Assembly (NCBI GenBank): GCA_027604505.1
Contig: JADIIX010000172.1
Span: forward strand, 1 to 39,849
Source: Gonapodya sp. JEL0774
Lineage: Eukaryota
DNA length: 39,849 bases
Direction: 5' to 3'
Numbering within the stretch: the first letter of the stretch is position 1; each line of letters starts with the position of its first letter. Shown piece after piece: positions 1 through 11,041 of this stretch. Below the pieces are notes generated by a model. It was not told the origin of the DNA, made no database searches, and saw only the letters and a program-made list of their open reading frames with translations. The position numbers and the translations under genes are program-made.

Positions 1-601
1 AGTTTGAGGTTATGCTGAGAATACCTTCCAAATTGCATTTGCCATTTGGACTGGACAAGTAAAAATTTGTGCAACAATCTGTTGAACACCGACGAGGTCC
101 ACCAGGTATCATGCACTCATCACGCAACAGAGGGTCGAATCTCGTTTCGTTGTGCCAACGACAGGAGCTATCAAGTAATGTTGGTTGTCGCGGACTGGAG
201 GGAAGAACTAACCCCCCAATTGCGCTTCTATAGGAATAAATCCTAACGATGCTCGCAAACTCGGGAGTCTCTAGATATTATCATCCAGATTCATTTATAA
301 ACCAAACCAGAAGATTGAGTCCATTCTGACTGTACAATAATACTATATTTCACTGGTCCTCGTGCACGCACACCTGTTTGCAGCCCTACTGTCTCTGATT
401 CCGTGAATTCCAAACTCTCTCACTCAGCCGGCGAATTTTCGAGGTACTGTCCGTCACAACCCAACCTATTGGTTCGGGCATGTATGATGTCAGTGTGGCA
501 CTTGATTTGGTCACACCTGATATGGTCTGATCACACATTCCCCCCCTCCAACTGTTGACCAGCATTCCCGAAAGATATTGTTTCATTGAGAATTTCAATC
601 G

Positions 602-1843
602 ATGACAGGAGATGGGGATGGACTTGGAGTAGTATCTGCCAACGGATATGGGAATCGGACGGTGGTTCATGAAGGGGCGACCTCGCCTGAATCGACTGAT
701 AGAAAAATTAGTGCGGAACTCAATCTCGAAGGAAACTCTGGGAAAGAAATTGGCGTCACAAGCGGAAAACCTGATTGTGGGGATGAATGGGTGGGTGGAG
801 TCGCCGAGTCCAAAGGTGCGATGGACTTCAACGAGATCCGCATCAAGCGGTGGCAAGCTGGAGAGTATGCCAAGTCGGCGGAACCTGGATCAGCATCATC
901 GCTAGCTGCAATCGCATCGGGAGGCACAGACCAAATCAACCAAACCGAAAGCCACCGACACGAGCAACCCCATGCACAATTCCCTCAAGCTGAATCGTTT
1001 GCCACGCTCGTGTCTGCATCGCAAGTCGTTTCTCAGAAGTCGTCTGTCCTGGAAACCAATGGAGAGACTGACATTGATGACCAGGCATCACCCGCACTTG
1101 AACTTCAACATGCTGATAGACCCGTCAACAATTATCACTTTCCTCCCTCTCCGACGGTGGTGTCTCTGTCATCTGGCTCACTCGCTCCCCTATCTTCCTC
1201 CACTTCGGCACTCACGAATCAACTCCGACTTTCCTCCTCTCAGCACGTGCGGCGCCTATCATCATCTGCTTCCGCAACCGTTCGTTCTGATACATCATCT
1301 TCTTCTTCAAATTCCAATCTGCCCGCTTTCACTAAAGCGCCCACTTCCTCCATCGCGCGTTGGATGCCGACTGAAACGTCCACCCGCGCCTCACCAACTT
1401 CTTCTGTTTCCTCCAGGAAACTTACCACTCTAGACCGGGACACTTTGCTTTACGACCGTGAGGCACCGCTCGAAACGGCCCCACCAAATCGTCCCACTTC
1501 TATCACATCCATACCAGCCCCTCTGCGGATTCTCGCAGCACTAGCAATCCTGTTGCTTGCCTTTCCATTGCTATCCTGGTTACTCGCAGCACTCGACACC
1601 ACATCTGCCTCACTCTCGTCGTCAAACTCGAGACCCGGAGCTCGGGGTGCAGTTGCTGCGACGGCGTCCGGGGACCTGTTTGTGATACCCACAAGTCTTG
1701 TTTTGACAGTGACACTACTGGCGGCTGTGTACTGGAGGGGCAGCTGGGCGTCAAGTCACATCGGCCCAATGGATCGTGAGGAGCTTATTACAAATGAATG
1801 GAGAGCGGGGCTGCAGGTGAGCACCAGCTTTTCACCACCGTGA
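602..1843 (+). CDS. Hypothetical Ser/Pro-rich protein with two C-terminal hydrophobic (likely TM) segments
   Basis: 413-codon open frame, low-complexity S/P/T; hydrophobic stretches ILAALAILLLAFPLLSWLLAAL and LFVIPTSLVLTVTLLAAVYW. No family recognised; start and possible extra exons uncertain. Confidence 0.6.
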   Translation: MTGDGDGLGVVSANGYGNRTVVHEGATSPESTDRKISAELNLEGNSGKEIGVTSGKPDCGDEWVGGVAESKGAMDFNEIRIKRWQAGEYAKSAEPGSASSLAAIASGGTDQINQTESHRHEQPHAQFPQAESFATLVSASQVVSQKSSVLETNGETDIDDQASPALELQHADRPVNNYHFPPSPTVVSLSSGSLAPLSSSTSALTNQLRLSSSQHVRRLSSSASATVRSDTSSSSSNSNLPAFTKAPTSSIARWMPTETSTRASPTSSVSSRKLTTLDRDTLLYDREAPLETAPPNRPTSITSIPAPLRILAALAILLLAFPLLSWLLAALDTTSASLSSSNSRPGARGAVAATASGDLFVIPTSLVLTVTLLAAVYWRGSWASSHIGPMDREELITNEWRAGLQVSTSFSPP

Positions 1844-2112
1844 AGGATTTCGGAAAGACGTAGTGGGGAAGGGGGAGCAAGGGCAAGAAGGGTTTGGCTA
1901 AAGATTGTTGGTAGTGTATGACGCACTCTGTGAACGCAAATGTTTTGCCCGACTAGATGGGAATGTGTGCTGCACTCGCGCAATATATCTCACCGCGTAT
2001 CGTCTATCAGACTTCTCTCCCCACCTCCCCTTCCCTTTCTTCCTTGTATTCTGACTCCTCCCCCCCAACTCCTACTCGCGCCCGTTTTGCCCCACCCTCC
2101 CAAACATTCCTG

Positions 2113-3681
2113 ATGACCATCCCTCCTCGTTTTCTTTTGGTTGCATTTTCTATCCTATACATTATATCCTACATCTTTGATAGCCGAGCGTGGACTGCTT
2201 TGCTGTTCACGGTAGGGGTGGTAGTCTTGTACTTTGGGGGTGTGCTGGACGTGGTGCCCAAGGGCACACCGCAGGTGCGTGATGTGAATGATAGCCCCCG
2301 GACGGAGATTTCCACCAATATTCTGTACCAGTCATCCCGCACCTCCACATCCTCATCATCCTCTGTGAACACCTCGGGACCCTCCCACAGTCATCGAGCG
2401 CGACACACGCTCCACGTGCGCACCAAGTCTGTCTCAACATCTTCAATGACCTCACCAACTGGCTCGACATCCATGTCAGTTCCCGCATCGGCAGTTTCGA
2501 TCATTTTAGGGGAAACGGATTCTCCACGACATAGACGACCCCAGCCTGTAACCGCAGAAAGGGAAAGAGGGTTCAAAAGTGTGGAGCGAGAAAGGGCCAA
2601 CGGGGGAAGATTACCGGAGGACTTGGGGTCAGCATCTGGGTCCCAAACGGAGACGGTGATTGTTAGGGCAGGAGGACACGAAGAAACGGCTGCACAACCG
2701 GGCGGCGGTCCGCAATTCGTCTTGGCACCCCACCCTATCGCGATAACACCCACCCTAGGACCCGTTGCAACTACAGCTCCGCCCTCGTCTTTGTTTGCAG
2801 ACTCGCCTTTGATCACTACACTTACCTCCACTTTGGCAACACTCACTGCCACGTTGTCCTCGCAACAGTCTGACCTATCGCGTCTCTCCACATCTTTGTC
2901 CACGTCTCTCGCCGACAATGTCGCACTACGAAATCAAATTGCAGATCTCAAGAGGGAGAGACAACTGCTGAAGCGCGATGTCGAACGTCGCAACGAGCAG
3001 ATTGAGGATCTTGTAGCGAGGGTCAATGACGCAGAACTGGCGGCTCGTGCTGCGAGTGTGGGCATCGGGACCGGGTCATGGGATGATTTAGGTACCGTGA
3101 CCGGGTTCGGTGGGATGGGAGACTGGGACGCGCAGAGTCGACGTTCCAGTCACAGCCGCAGATCGAGCATTGCGGCGAGCTCGTCTGGGGGAACCAATTG
3201 GGGAGGAGAGTCGACTGCAGCAGCGAAATGGCCCCCCTTGGCGACCAGTTTTGCGTCGTCGACCAGTGGCTGGCCCGCATACATGGTTGCCACAGCCACC
3301 CCGCCGCCAAACCCGCCACGCAGTGTGGCCAGGTCCCCACCTCCCTTGTCACCAAGCCCACCACCACCATCACCCGGGCCTGGGGGAACTCGCGCGTCGT
3401 CGCCGATAGCCGTCGTTTCAACACCACCTGGGACGAGGCCAGTAAGCCCGCAAAGCAAAAGACCACCGAGCCCTGGCGCCGGCGTGGGTGGTGCTTGGAG
3501 TCCTGGAAGAGCGAGAGTGAGAAAGTTCTCGGTCGGACGAAATCCAGGTGGCACAGGCGCACATATCTTGAGGGCGGGATCATTTGCGGAAAGAGTGAAG
3601 AAAGAAGGGGACAGAAGTGGTGGACTGGTAGGGGTCGTCAATGTGGGGGTAATGGGACCGCAATTAGGGGACACAGAATGA
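2113..3681 (+). CDS. Hypothetical protein: N-terminal TM hairpin, central coiled coil, Pro/Ser-rich tail
   Basis: Long ORF (open from 1957; likely ATG 2113, MTIPPRFLLVAF). Two hydrophobic helices, heptad region LADNVALRNQIADLKRERQLLKRDVERRNEQIEDLVARVND. Similar to the gene at 5738-6906. Confidence 0.7.
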   Translation: MTIPPRFLLVAFSILYIISYIFDSRAWTALLFTVGVVVLYFGGVLDVVPKGTPQVRDVNDSPRTEISTNILYQSSRTSTSSSSSVNTSGPSHSHRARHTLHVRTKSVSTSSMTSPTGSTSMSVPASAVSIILGETDSPRHRRPQPVTAERERGFKSVERERANGGRLPEDLGSASGSQTETVIVRAGGHEETAAQPGGGPQFVLAPHPIAITPTLGPVATTAPPSSLFADSPLITTLTSTLATLTATLSSQQSDLSRLSTSLSTSLADNVALRNQIADLKRERQLLKRDVERRNEQIEDLVARVNDAELAARAASVGIGTGSWDDLGTVTGFGGMGDWDAQSRRSSHSRRSSIAASSSGGTNWGGESTAAAKWPPLATSFASSTSGWPAYMVATATPPPNPPRSVARSPPPLSPSPPPPSPGPGGTRASSPIAVVSTPPGTRPVSPQSKRPPSPGAGVGGAWSPGRARVRKFSVGRNPGGTGAHILRAGSFAERVKKEGDRSGGLVGVVNVGVMGPQLGDTE

Positions 3682-4410
3682 AAGAAGTTGTAGAAATGGT
3701 CCAAGGTTTTGTTGGACATGAATCATCATTTTTGTGTATTTATCAATTCCTCCTTCCTGATAAAGTGAAAAGGAATTCATTTCTCACTTCAAAATTATCA
3801 CTCAGACAACTGTGGAGTCCTTCATATAAGGCATTTCGAAATAGTATTCTCTCCTGTGTCCAAGAGTCTCGCCATGAGTTCGCGGGTAACTGAGAGCACC
3901 CGTTCTTTTTTTTATCTCGCAGAACCAATACTACACCAGTAAGTATAGTGGCGAGTATGAGAGTTGCAACGTAGAGCAAACAAAGGTGCGAGGTGCGTAT
4001 GACGTATATAGCTTCATCATCTTCAAGACGGTGCCGAACAATGCCACCATTCACCGGAAAATTGTTGGAGCGCACGCGCGACATCGAGGATCTGAGATGT
4101 GCAATGCCAGCTACTTTGAACTGCCGAAGAGACTGAACACGTGTCCTGATTGCCACACATATTGCACCGCCGACCCCAATGAGCTGGTCCCACGATCATC
4201 GAAACCATTGTGGTGCAAACAACGTCATTCACCAAGATAAGTATGCGCTACGCCGTCGGAGGTTGGGAGGACGATGATCGAGGCATATTTGCGATGAAGT
4301 ACATATCACCAACAGGTTGCTCTATTTACGACATTTATATCAACTGATACTTCACTTGCTCCTATATGCTATCTCAACCTTGTGCACACGTGGGAAACCC
4401 TTTAAACCCT

Positions 4411-5062
4411 TTACGCCTTCACATCAGTAGCCTTGCCACTCGCCGAAGTGATATCCTTCTGTTCGATACCGTGCTCTGTTTGAGACCTGTCCCCACGTCC
4501 CCGCCTGACCCAACGATGGTGGGGTGAGTGTTCCCGGTTGTGGGAATGAGTGTATCGTCCGTGGTGGTGGAAACGAGTGTTCCTCCTACGGTGCTCGCGA
4601 CGCCCGCCGTGCCCCTTAATGTATCCACTCCGCCCATGCCTGATTCGGTGACCTTCAGAGTCGCTGTCAATGCTGCTGGTTGATTCACTGCTGCTGCTAG
4701 ATTCACTCCCACTGCTGGATGCACTGTTCGCCTCACTGTCGCAGCGGGTTCTGCGGTGGTGCTTCTGCAATTCACGATGCTTGTGAATGTGAATGTGCCC
4801 TTGACGTCGCGCATGGTGGTGTGGAATTTGGGGAGAGTTTGGTCCAGGAACAGCACCAACTGTTGGAAGAACATGTGCCCGAACGGAGGGGGACGCCAGG
4901 GCAGTACCGGCATGACCCGGTTCGGTACGGTAAAGAACAAGTCTCTGTGTATGTGTATGGGAGGAAATAGTTCACTTTGCTTGGAAATCGCTCGACACCT
5001 CCATGGGCATCCGTTCGGGAGAGTGAACGTACCTCCACACCATTGTTGTCAATGACCGTCAT
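4411..5062 (-). CDS. Hypothetical His/Arg/Ser-rich protein (2 exons)
   Basis: Exon 1 5062-5033 (MTVIDNNGVE), intron GTACGT...ACAG 5032-4945, exon 2 4944-4411 splices in frame (RLVLYRTEPG...HHHARRQGHIHIHKHRE...SSSGSESSSSSES...). Confidence 0.55.
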
Positions 5063-5737
5063 TATTGTGATATCAGCCTGTTAAATGGCGTGTTACATAG
5101 CTCTGCAGTGCTCCTTTTATTGGTGTGCCCTACTAGGATTGTCAGTTACGCATGTGCGGCAAAAGAGAGTTGAGCCGCTCGGAGGTGGAGACGATCCCGT
5201 CAACTGGTTGCGTGAAGGGAAGATCAAATGGAAGACAAGAAGAGGAGCCCAGCACATATATAGCGGTGACGGAGATGGTTTAGATGTTTGCTGAAAATAA
5301 GCAATATATCCAAATTTGTACTGATGTGGCTCGGATAATGCGCTTCAGTTGACAACTCTGGTCTCACAATCTGTAACAAACACAAAACAAACTACCTTCG
5401 CCGATTTCTTCCCCATCATTTCACTGTGCTTCGTATTCTCGGAAACAGGGCAATCATTGCGCCCGGACGCTTCATCATCACTTACCCTGAACACCAACCG
5501 CTGCAGCGCCAGGGAAGGCTCCTTTTATATCCTGCGAACGCCTGGACCAAACCCACACTTTCTGGCAGCTGAGCACTGTCTGTCCGCCTATCAAAGTAAC
5601 CATCGAGGTATGCACTCCGAGATTATCTGGTAATTCGTCAGAAGCGGCATCTGGCAGTAATTTCACCCATCTTCCCCCTCGCGCACGTTTTCCGTTTCAG
5701 ACAAATCTGACTTAAAACTTCCGTCCCCTTAGAACGG

Positions 5738-6906
5738 ATGGCTGCTTTTTGGAACATTGGCTTTACCCATGATGTAAGTTTTGCAGCCGTCCCCTCTCCT
5801 TGTAAAATGAATCTCAAAACGGGTTTCCTCGGCCTCCTCAGCGTCGCCGCCTCCTTACTGGCGGCATATCGGAGAACCTAGATGATATGTCATCACCTTT
5901 TGACGGTGGTACACCGACTGAAATCGACGACAATCCCCTCTCACCGACGAGCGAAGACTACGACGACCTGGACTTCACGGACCGTACCGCCGCTCACCCG
6001 AGCATGCCGCTGGCTGTCGCTGCAGCCTCCATGAAAACCCACATGTCCTCTTATGCTTCCAATCATGCAGCGTCGAAAGCGCTGAGTTCTCTGGGCTCTC
6101 TAGCCACAACTGTAAACCGCCAATCCACCACCGTTCTCCTTCAACAGAAGCAGATTGGGGAGCTTTTGGCTGAAAATGCGAGATTGAGAGAAGCATCTGT
6201 TTCTGCAAAGACAGAAGCAGAAACTTTACGGCTCACACTGGATCGGAAGGCACACGAGTCCGAAACCCTTCGGATGGATATCGACAGACGAAATCAGTGG
6301 ATTGAGAGTCTGCTGACACAAATCAACGAATTGCAAACTCCGGACGGTACAATGGAAGGCACAGATGTGAGCCCTAACACTCTTGTCTCCGGGAGTGCTC
6401 CACCGCACTCCGGGGTGTTGCCCTTTGCCTGTTCCGGACATTCACGCCGATCCAGTTCAAGCCACCTCGACCCAGCATTTCGACTCACATCACCTGAACT
6501 CGCTTCGCGACCAACTCCCTCCAATCTGAAGATTCAAACGTCTTCTTCGCTAACCCCCCGGCACTCTCGAGAACCAACTGCAGCCGAGAATTCAATGCCG
6601 CTCACGCCTCTCTCCGCAACATCGCAGCCCAGCTCTCTTCCTGCTCTCGTGTTACACAAGAACCCGTCGCCAAGCCCACTTTCGCTGCACCACCGTGACT
6701 CCTCACTATCTGGGAGCAGGTCCCATTCACTTGGACCAGGGAAGATAAGGAGGTCCGCAGGACCGGGCAAATCACCAACGGGGTGCGATGGAGTGGACAT
6801 AACATCCAGCAGGCCAGGTCTAAAGGAAGGTCAAATTGAAGGAAAACCGGGCACCAGGGAACCCCTGCTGACCGGGGATTTGCAGGGGGATGTCCAGAGT
6901 CAGTAG
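5738..6906 (+). CDS. Hypothetical coiled-coil, Ser/Pro-rich protein (paralog of 2113-3681)
   Basis: Exon 1 5738-5773 (MAAFWNIGFTHD), intron GTAAGT..CAG 5774-5841, exon 2 in frame with ORF 5887-6906; coiled coil LAENARLR...LRMDIDRRNQWIESLLTQINEL. Confidence 0.7.
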
Positions 6907-7055
6907 GGACGAGAGAAGCATTTCCTCAATGAAAGCAAAACACAATAATAGGTATTCAAGTATCGCATCAATCACGTATTTGCAAATGTCACAAACTAGC
7001 ACATTTATATATTGTGGCTCTTGAAAGACTTCTTGTCTCTGCCATTCGATTCGGT

Positions 7056-8555
7056 TCACTCCTCCGCTTTGCGCTTCTCGGCTGTTGAACTGAAGGCCTT
7101 ACCCCGCTCCGCGACCTCCATGGCTTCCTTCGCCTTCCTCCAGCGCCACTCACACCGTTCCTTGAACTCGCATGAGCGACATTTGCCGACCTCAACTACT
7201 GGAACGCCGACGGGTTCCACTACGCCACTCAGCAGTAACAGTGAGCGGCGGAGAAAAGAGGCGATTGGGTGGGTTGGAAATGGGAACGAGGCAATGATGT
7301 CAGGCGAGACGACCGAGGGAGAGCTCCGATGACGGAGGACATAATGCAGCTCCAGTATTGAGGACGATGGGGGAAAAGAGGCGTAGGAGGACGCAACGTG
7401 ATGGAGTAGGTGACGGAGAGTTGTGATTGCATTGACCGGAGACTGTTCAAGCCTGTCCTCGACTCCACCCCCTACATATCCTCCCCTCACTACGTTCAGC
7501 ACACCCTCGCCAAGAGACTTGTCGACGTCGAGTCCCAAGGGATCTTGGCAAAATTTCACCATTGAATCTGCCAAATGTTCGTCCCTAACCATGCCATCCC
7601 ACATGGCTTTGTAAAGACTAAGTTGAGCCGTGTGGGGCGTTAATCCATCCGTCTCACCAAGAACATTGTTAGAAATATTTGGCTTGGGATTTGAGAAATT
7701 TTCAGTGGGAAGGCGTGCTACTGTTTTGGTATCAGAAATGACGTAGGTCCAACCACCGGCGGGGAGAGCGTGACGAGTAATCTGGTCCACGATTCCATAA
7801 AGAGGAATTAGTTTTCTGGAGGATTCTGTCAAGGTGGATGCGGGATTTTGGGCGGAACCCGTATCCAGTGTGGGAAGGGGGACAAAATACAAGACGGGCA
7901 CTTCTCTGAGCAGGGACAAAAACAGAGCGTCAAAAAAAATTGGGAGTGCGGCATTGAACTTCTTCGGGAGCCCATGAAGGTCCAATGTTTGGAGGAACTC
8001 AAGTTACAATCCCCGTCGGTATGATTCTCAATTTAGTTGACGGTTGGCCCAAGAAGTCGGTTTTTCTCACCTTGCTACACCGTCTTCAGCGAGAGCTCCA
8101 AGTGAGACGGAAGCATTCCACCAGCGTGTACCCCAGACATCTTCCCTCGAAATTCTTCCGTCCTTGTCTCTGACATTCACATCTACACAAACAATCCCTG
8201 CTCTATCCAAAGTCTCCTTCTCAAGCTGATCGTGCAAAGAGGCCCCAGCGGCCATGGAAACAGTGGTGGGTCGAGGAAGTGGCGAGGAGACAGAGTAGAT
8301 AGTTTGGTACTGGCACCAGAGAAAGGACGCGAGAAGAGTCGGTGAAGCCATAGAGGGGAGACGTTGCGCTTTCGGCTTTAATGGAATCTCTCGGTCCGGA
8401 TGTAATAGCTTTCCCACGCTCGAATCTCCACAAGAACTGCGAATTTTCGTGGCATCGACTGGAATCGCAAGATATGCGTCCAGATCCTCGACATCAATGT
8501 CGAATTCGTCCTCGCTCTCCGCTTTTGAGTGCGAGCAACGTTTGGGGCCATGCAT
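7056..8555 (-). CDS. EXO5: Exonuclease V (Exo5/Dem1 family, PD-(D/E)XK nuclease with 4Fe-4S cluster)
   Basis: Motifs SPTLL..WCQYQ, M.AG..LH..LE, AREVPV (restored by intron 8070-7906), YGIVD, ISDTKT, QLSLYK, C-terminal CRSCEFKERCEWR. Start codon approximate. Confidence 0.85.
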
Positions 8556-9010
8556 GGAGTTGTGGAGTTTGTCTTCGCAAAATTCTGCGTTTTGACACCA
8601 GTTCGACAGAGGCGGCTGGTCCTAATTCAAAGTGTTTACACCTTCCCATTGCCAAAGGATGCCATTTTGAGTACAATACATCTTGAAACCTCCAATTCTT
8701 CTTCTTTAACGATGTGGATGCCTTTTACAAAACATGGCCGCTGACAGCCATGACTTCATGTATTACATATAATAGCATAGCCCCAGAGGCTGAGCAAAGC
8801 CAGAGGGAGAGCAGTCCCCATTATTCTTGGGAGAGGGTGAGCAATTTGGACATTCGCGTTTGTCTCCCATTGAATTCCGTTATGCGTCTCCCATTCCCTC
8901 ACCAACCTCCGCGGTGGGTCCTCCTCTCACCAACCTGCCCACTCAGATCGCACAAAGGTCCCAGTGGTGCATTGATCATACGACAGGATCATCTTTTAAA
9001 ATCTAGATTT

Positions 9011-10742
9011 ATGTCCGTGGAACGGCTGATCATTCCGGACTTCTCCGCTCCTCTCTCGCGCCTTTCGTCTCGTCTTATCGATCCGACCCTCCCAGATGCT
9101 CTCACAAACGATGATAGTTGGCATGCCGGAACCCCTCTCGCGGTAACTCGCCGGATGATTCATTTTTGGGCAGATTATGTATCGAGTGGGAAAGCCCGAT
9201 TGTTTCTGGAGGGTCTAAGCAATTGGGATCATTTCGTCGCGAAGAATGTGAACGGGGAGGACATCCACTTTATTTCAAGGAAAAGCTCGAGAGCAGATGC
9301 GCTTCCGCTATTGCTTTTGCATGGATGGTGAAAAATGCCAATCGTGTCATTACGTAGAAATCGTTCTCATACTCTGTAATCACAGGCCGGGGTCTTTCAC
9401 GGAGTTTCTCCCACTCATAAATGATCTGGCAGATCCAACCAGCGGATCTGATCCTGCATTCCATGTTGTCGTTCCTTCTCTCCCGGGTTACGGGTTCTCT
9501 TCGAGCCCACGCTCTCCGGGATGGGGTGTCGGTCTCATCGCGAAAGCTCTTAATGATCTCATGGTGGGAAGATTGGGATATTCTACATATGGTGGGGTAT
9601 TCCATTCGCGCTGAAGTGTAATGCTTTGTCACCTGACGGTCTTCCTCTGCTGAACAGTCACGCAAGGGGGTGAGAGGAACCCAACGTCACTCCGTTCACC
9701 TGCGTAGATTTTATTTTTGTCTGCCTCTTCAGGTGATTGGGGCTCTCACCTTGCTCGAACCCTTGCCTTCACGTATCCCCATTCTTGTCGTGCCATCCAC
9801 ATTAATCTGTTCCCAGTCGCACCACCGCTGTTTTCAAGATCACCTGTTGCATGGGCAAGAAGAGTTATAGCAGATTTCGTGGGAAAGCAAGCCATATATG
9901 GCGAGACCGCTGCCACTCATTTGAATGACACGGACTATCATCAAACGTGGAGGAGGGGGTGAGCATTTGGAATAGTCCTTTTTCTCAAATAGCTTTCTCA
10001 AATTGAATGTCATGACGTAAGCTATGTCATGATTCAAGGAACAAAACCCCAGAGCCTTGGATATGGTCTGGCGGACTCACCAGTGAGTCTACATTTTCAT
10101 TGAATCTCGTTACTAGTTGCTTTTCTTATTCCCCAAATTAAGGTTGGGCTCTTGGCCTGGTTTTCTGAAAAGTTCCATGATTGGAGGTGAGATTGACATT
10201 ACAGGGTCCCAAAATCTGGTCGGTCTGCCACACTTGTTGATTGGAACACTATCCCTTCCGCGCGTGCAATCAATTACTTAGCGATCTTCGAAACGTCGAA
10301 GGACACGATTTAGATCCTACAGAAGTTTTGATACGAAAGTATGGGGACAGATTCTTTGACAATCTGACTCTCTACTGGGTGACCAATGTAAGTGGAAATG
10401 AACTTTCTGAGCTTTCTTCCAATTTGTTGTAATGTCCAGTCTATCACCTCATCCATGCGTATATACTATAACTCCTATGGATCTTCTGAGCGAATGTCGC
10501 TCATGTCAACTCCAGTTCCCGCTTCTGTCCCCGTGGGAATTCTCTTTTGCCCACGTGAAATATTTAAACCCCCACAGGAATGGGTTCGCAGTTGGATGAA
10601 CGTGGTGCGCTGGACGGAAGCAAGCAAAGGTGGCCATTTTGCAGCGATGGAGATACCGGAGCTTTTTGTGGAAGAGGTGAGAGCATTCGGAGGCATGGAC
10701 ATTGTGAAAAGGGCTGTCAAAAATACCGGAGCAAAGATCTAA
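9011..10742 (+). CDS. Microsomal-type (EHN) epoxide hydrolase, alpha/beta hydrolase; multi-exon
   Basis: PLLLLHGW|PGSFTEF, FHVVVPSLPGYGFS, nucleophile elbow TQGGDWGS, YVMIQGTKPQSLGYGLADSPVG, SSMRIYY, GGHFAAME; ends GAKI. Confidence 0.92.
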
Positions 10743-11041
10743 AGAACACTTGTATATGCAAACAAAATTTCGAGAATTGGTACAAGCAAAACCCGGTCCC
10801 TGTCTGTGAAGTTTATCGGCTGTTCTCAGCATCGACAAATCATGAATAATAGATACAAGTCAATGTTGTTCATATTTTTGATACATTATTGTGTCTCGGA
10901 TTGCCACATTCGCTCTGTTCAACATAAATATGTGGGTAGTCGCTATGCACGAACCATACTCCTAACCTCTCCTAGCTCTTGCATCGGACAGATGGTCAGG
11001 GAGGCCAGAAGAACTTTGTCTGCAGCGCAAGGTAATATTGA

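Noticed and set aside
3743..4240. Short overlapping ORFs on both strands, one with a hydrophobic segment
   Set aside because: No convincing start, splice structure or family motif; probably UTR or intergenic.
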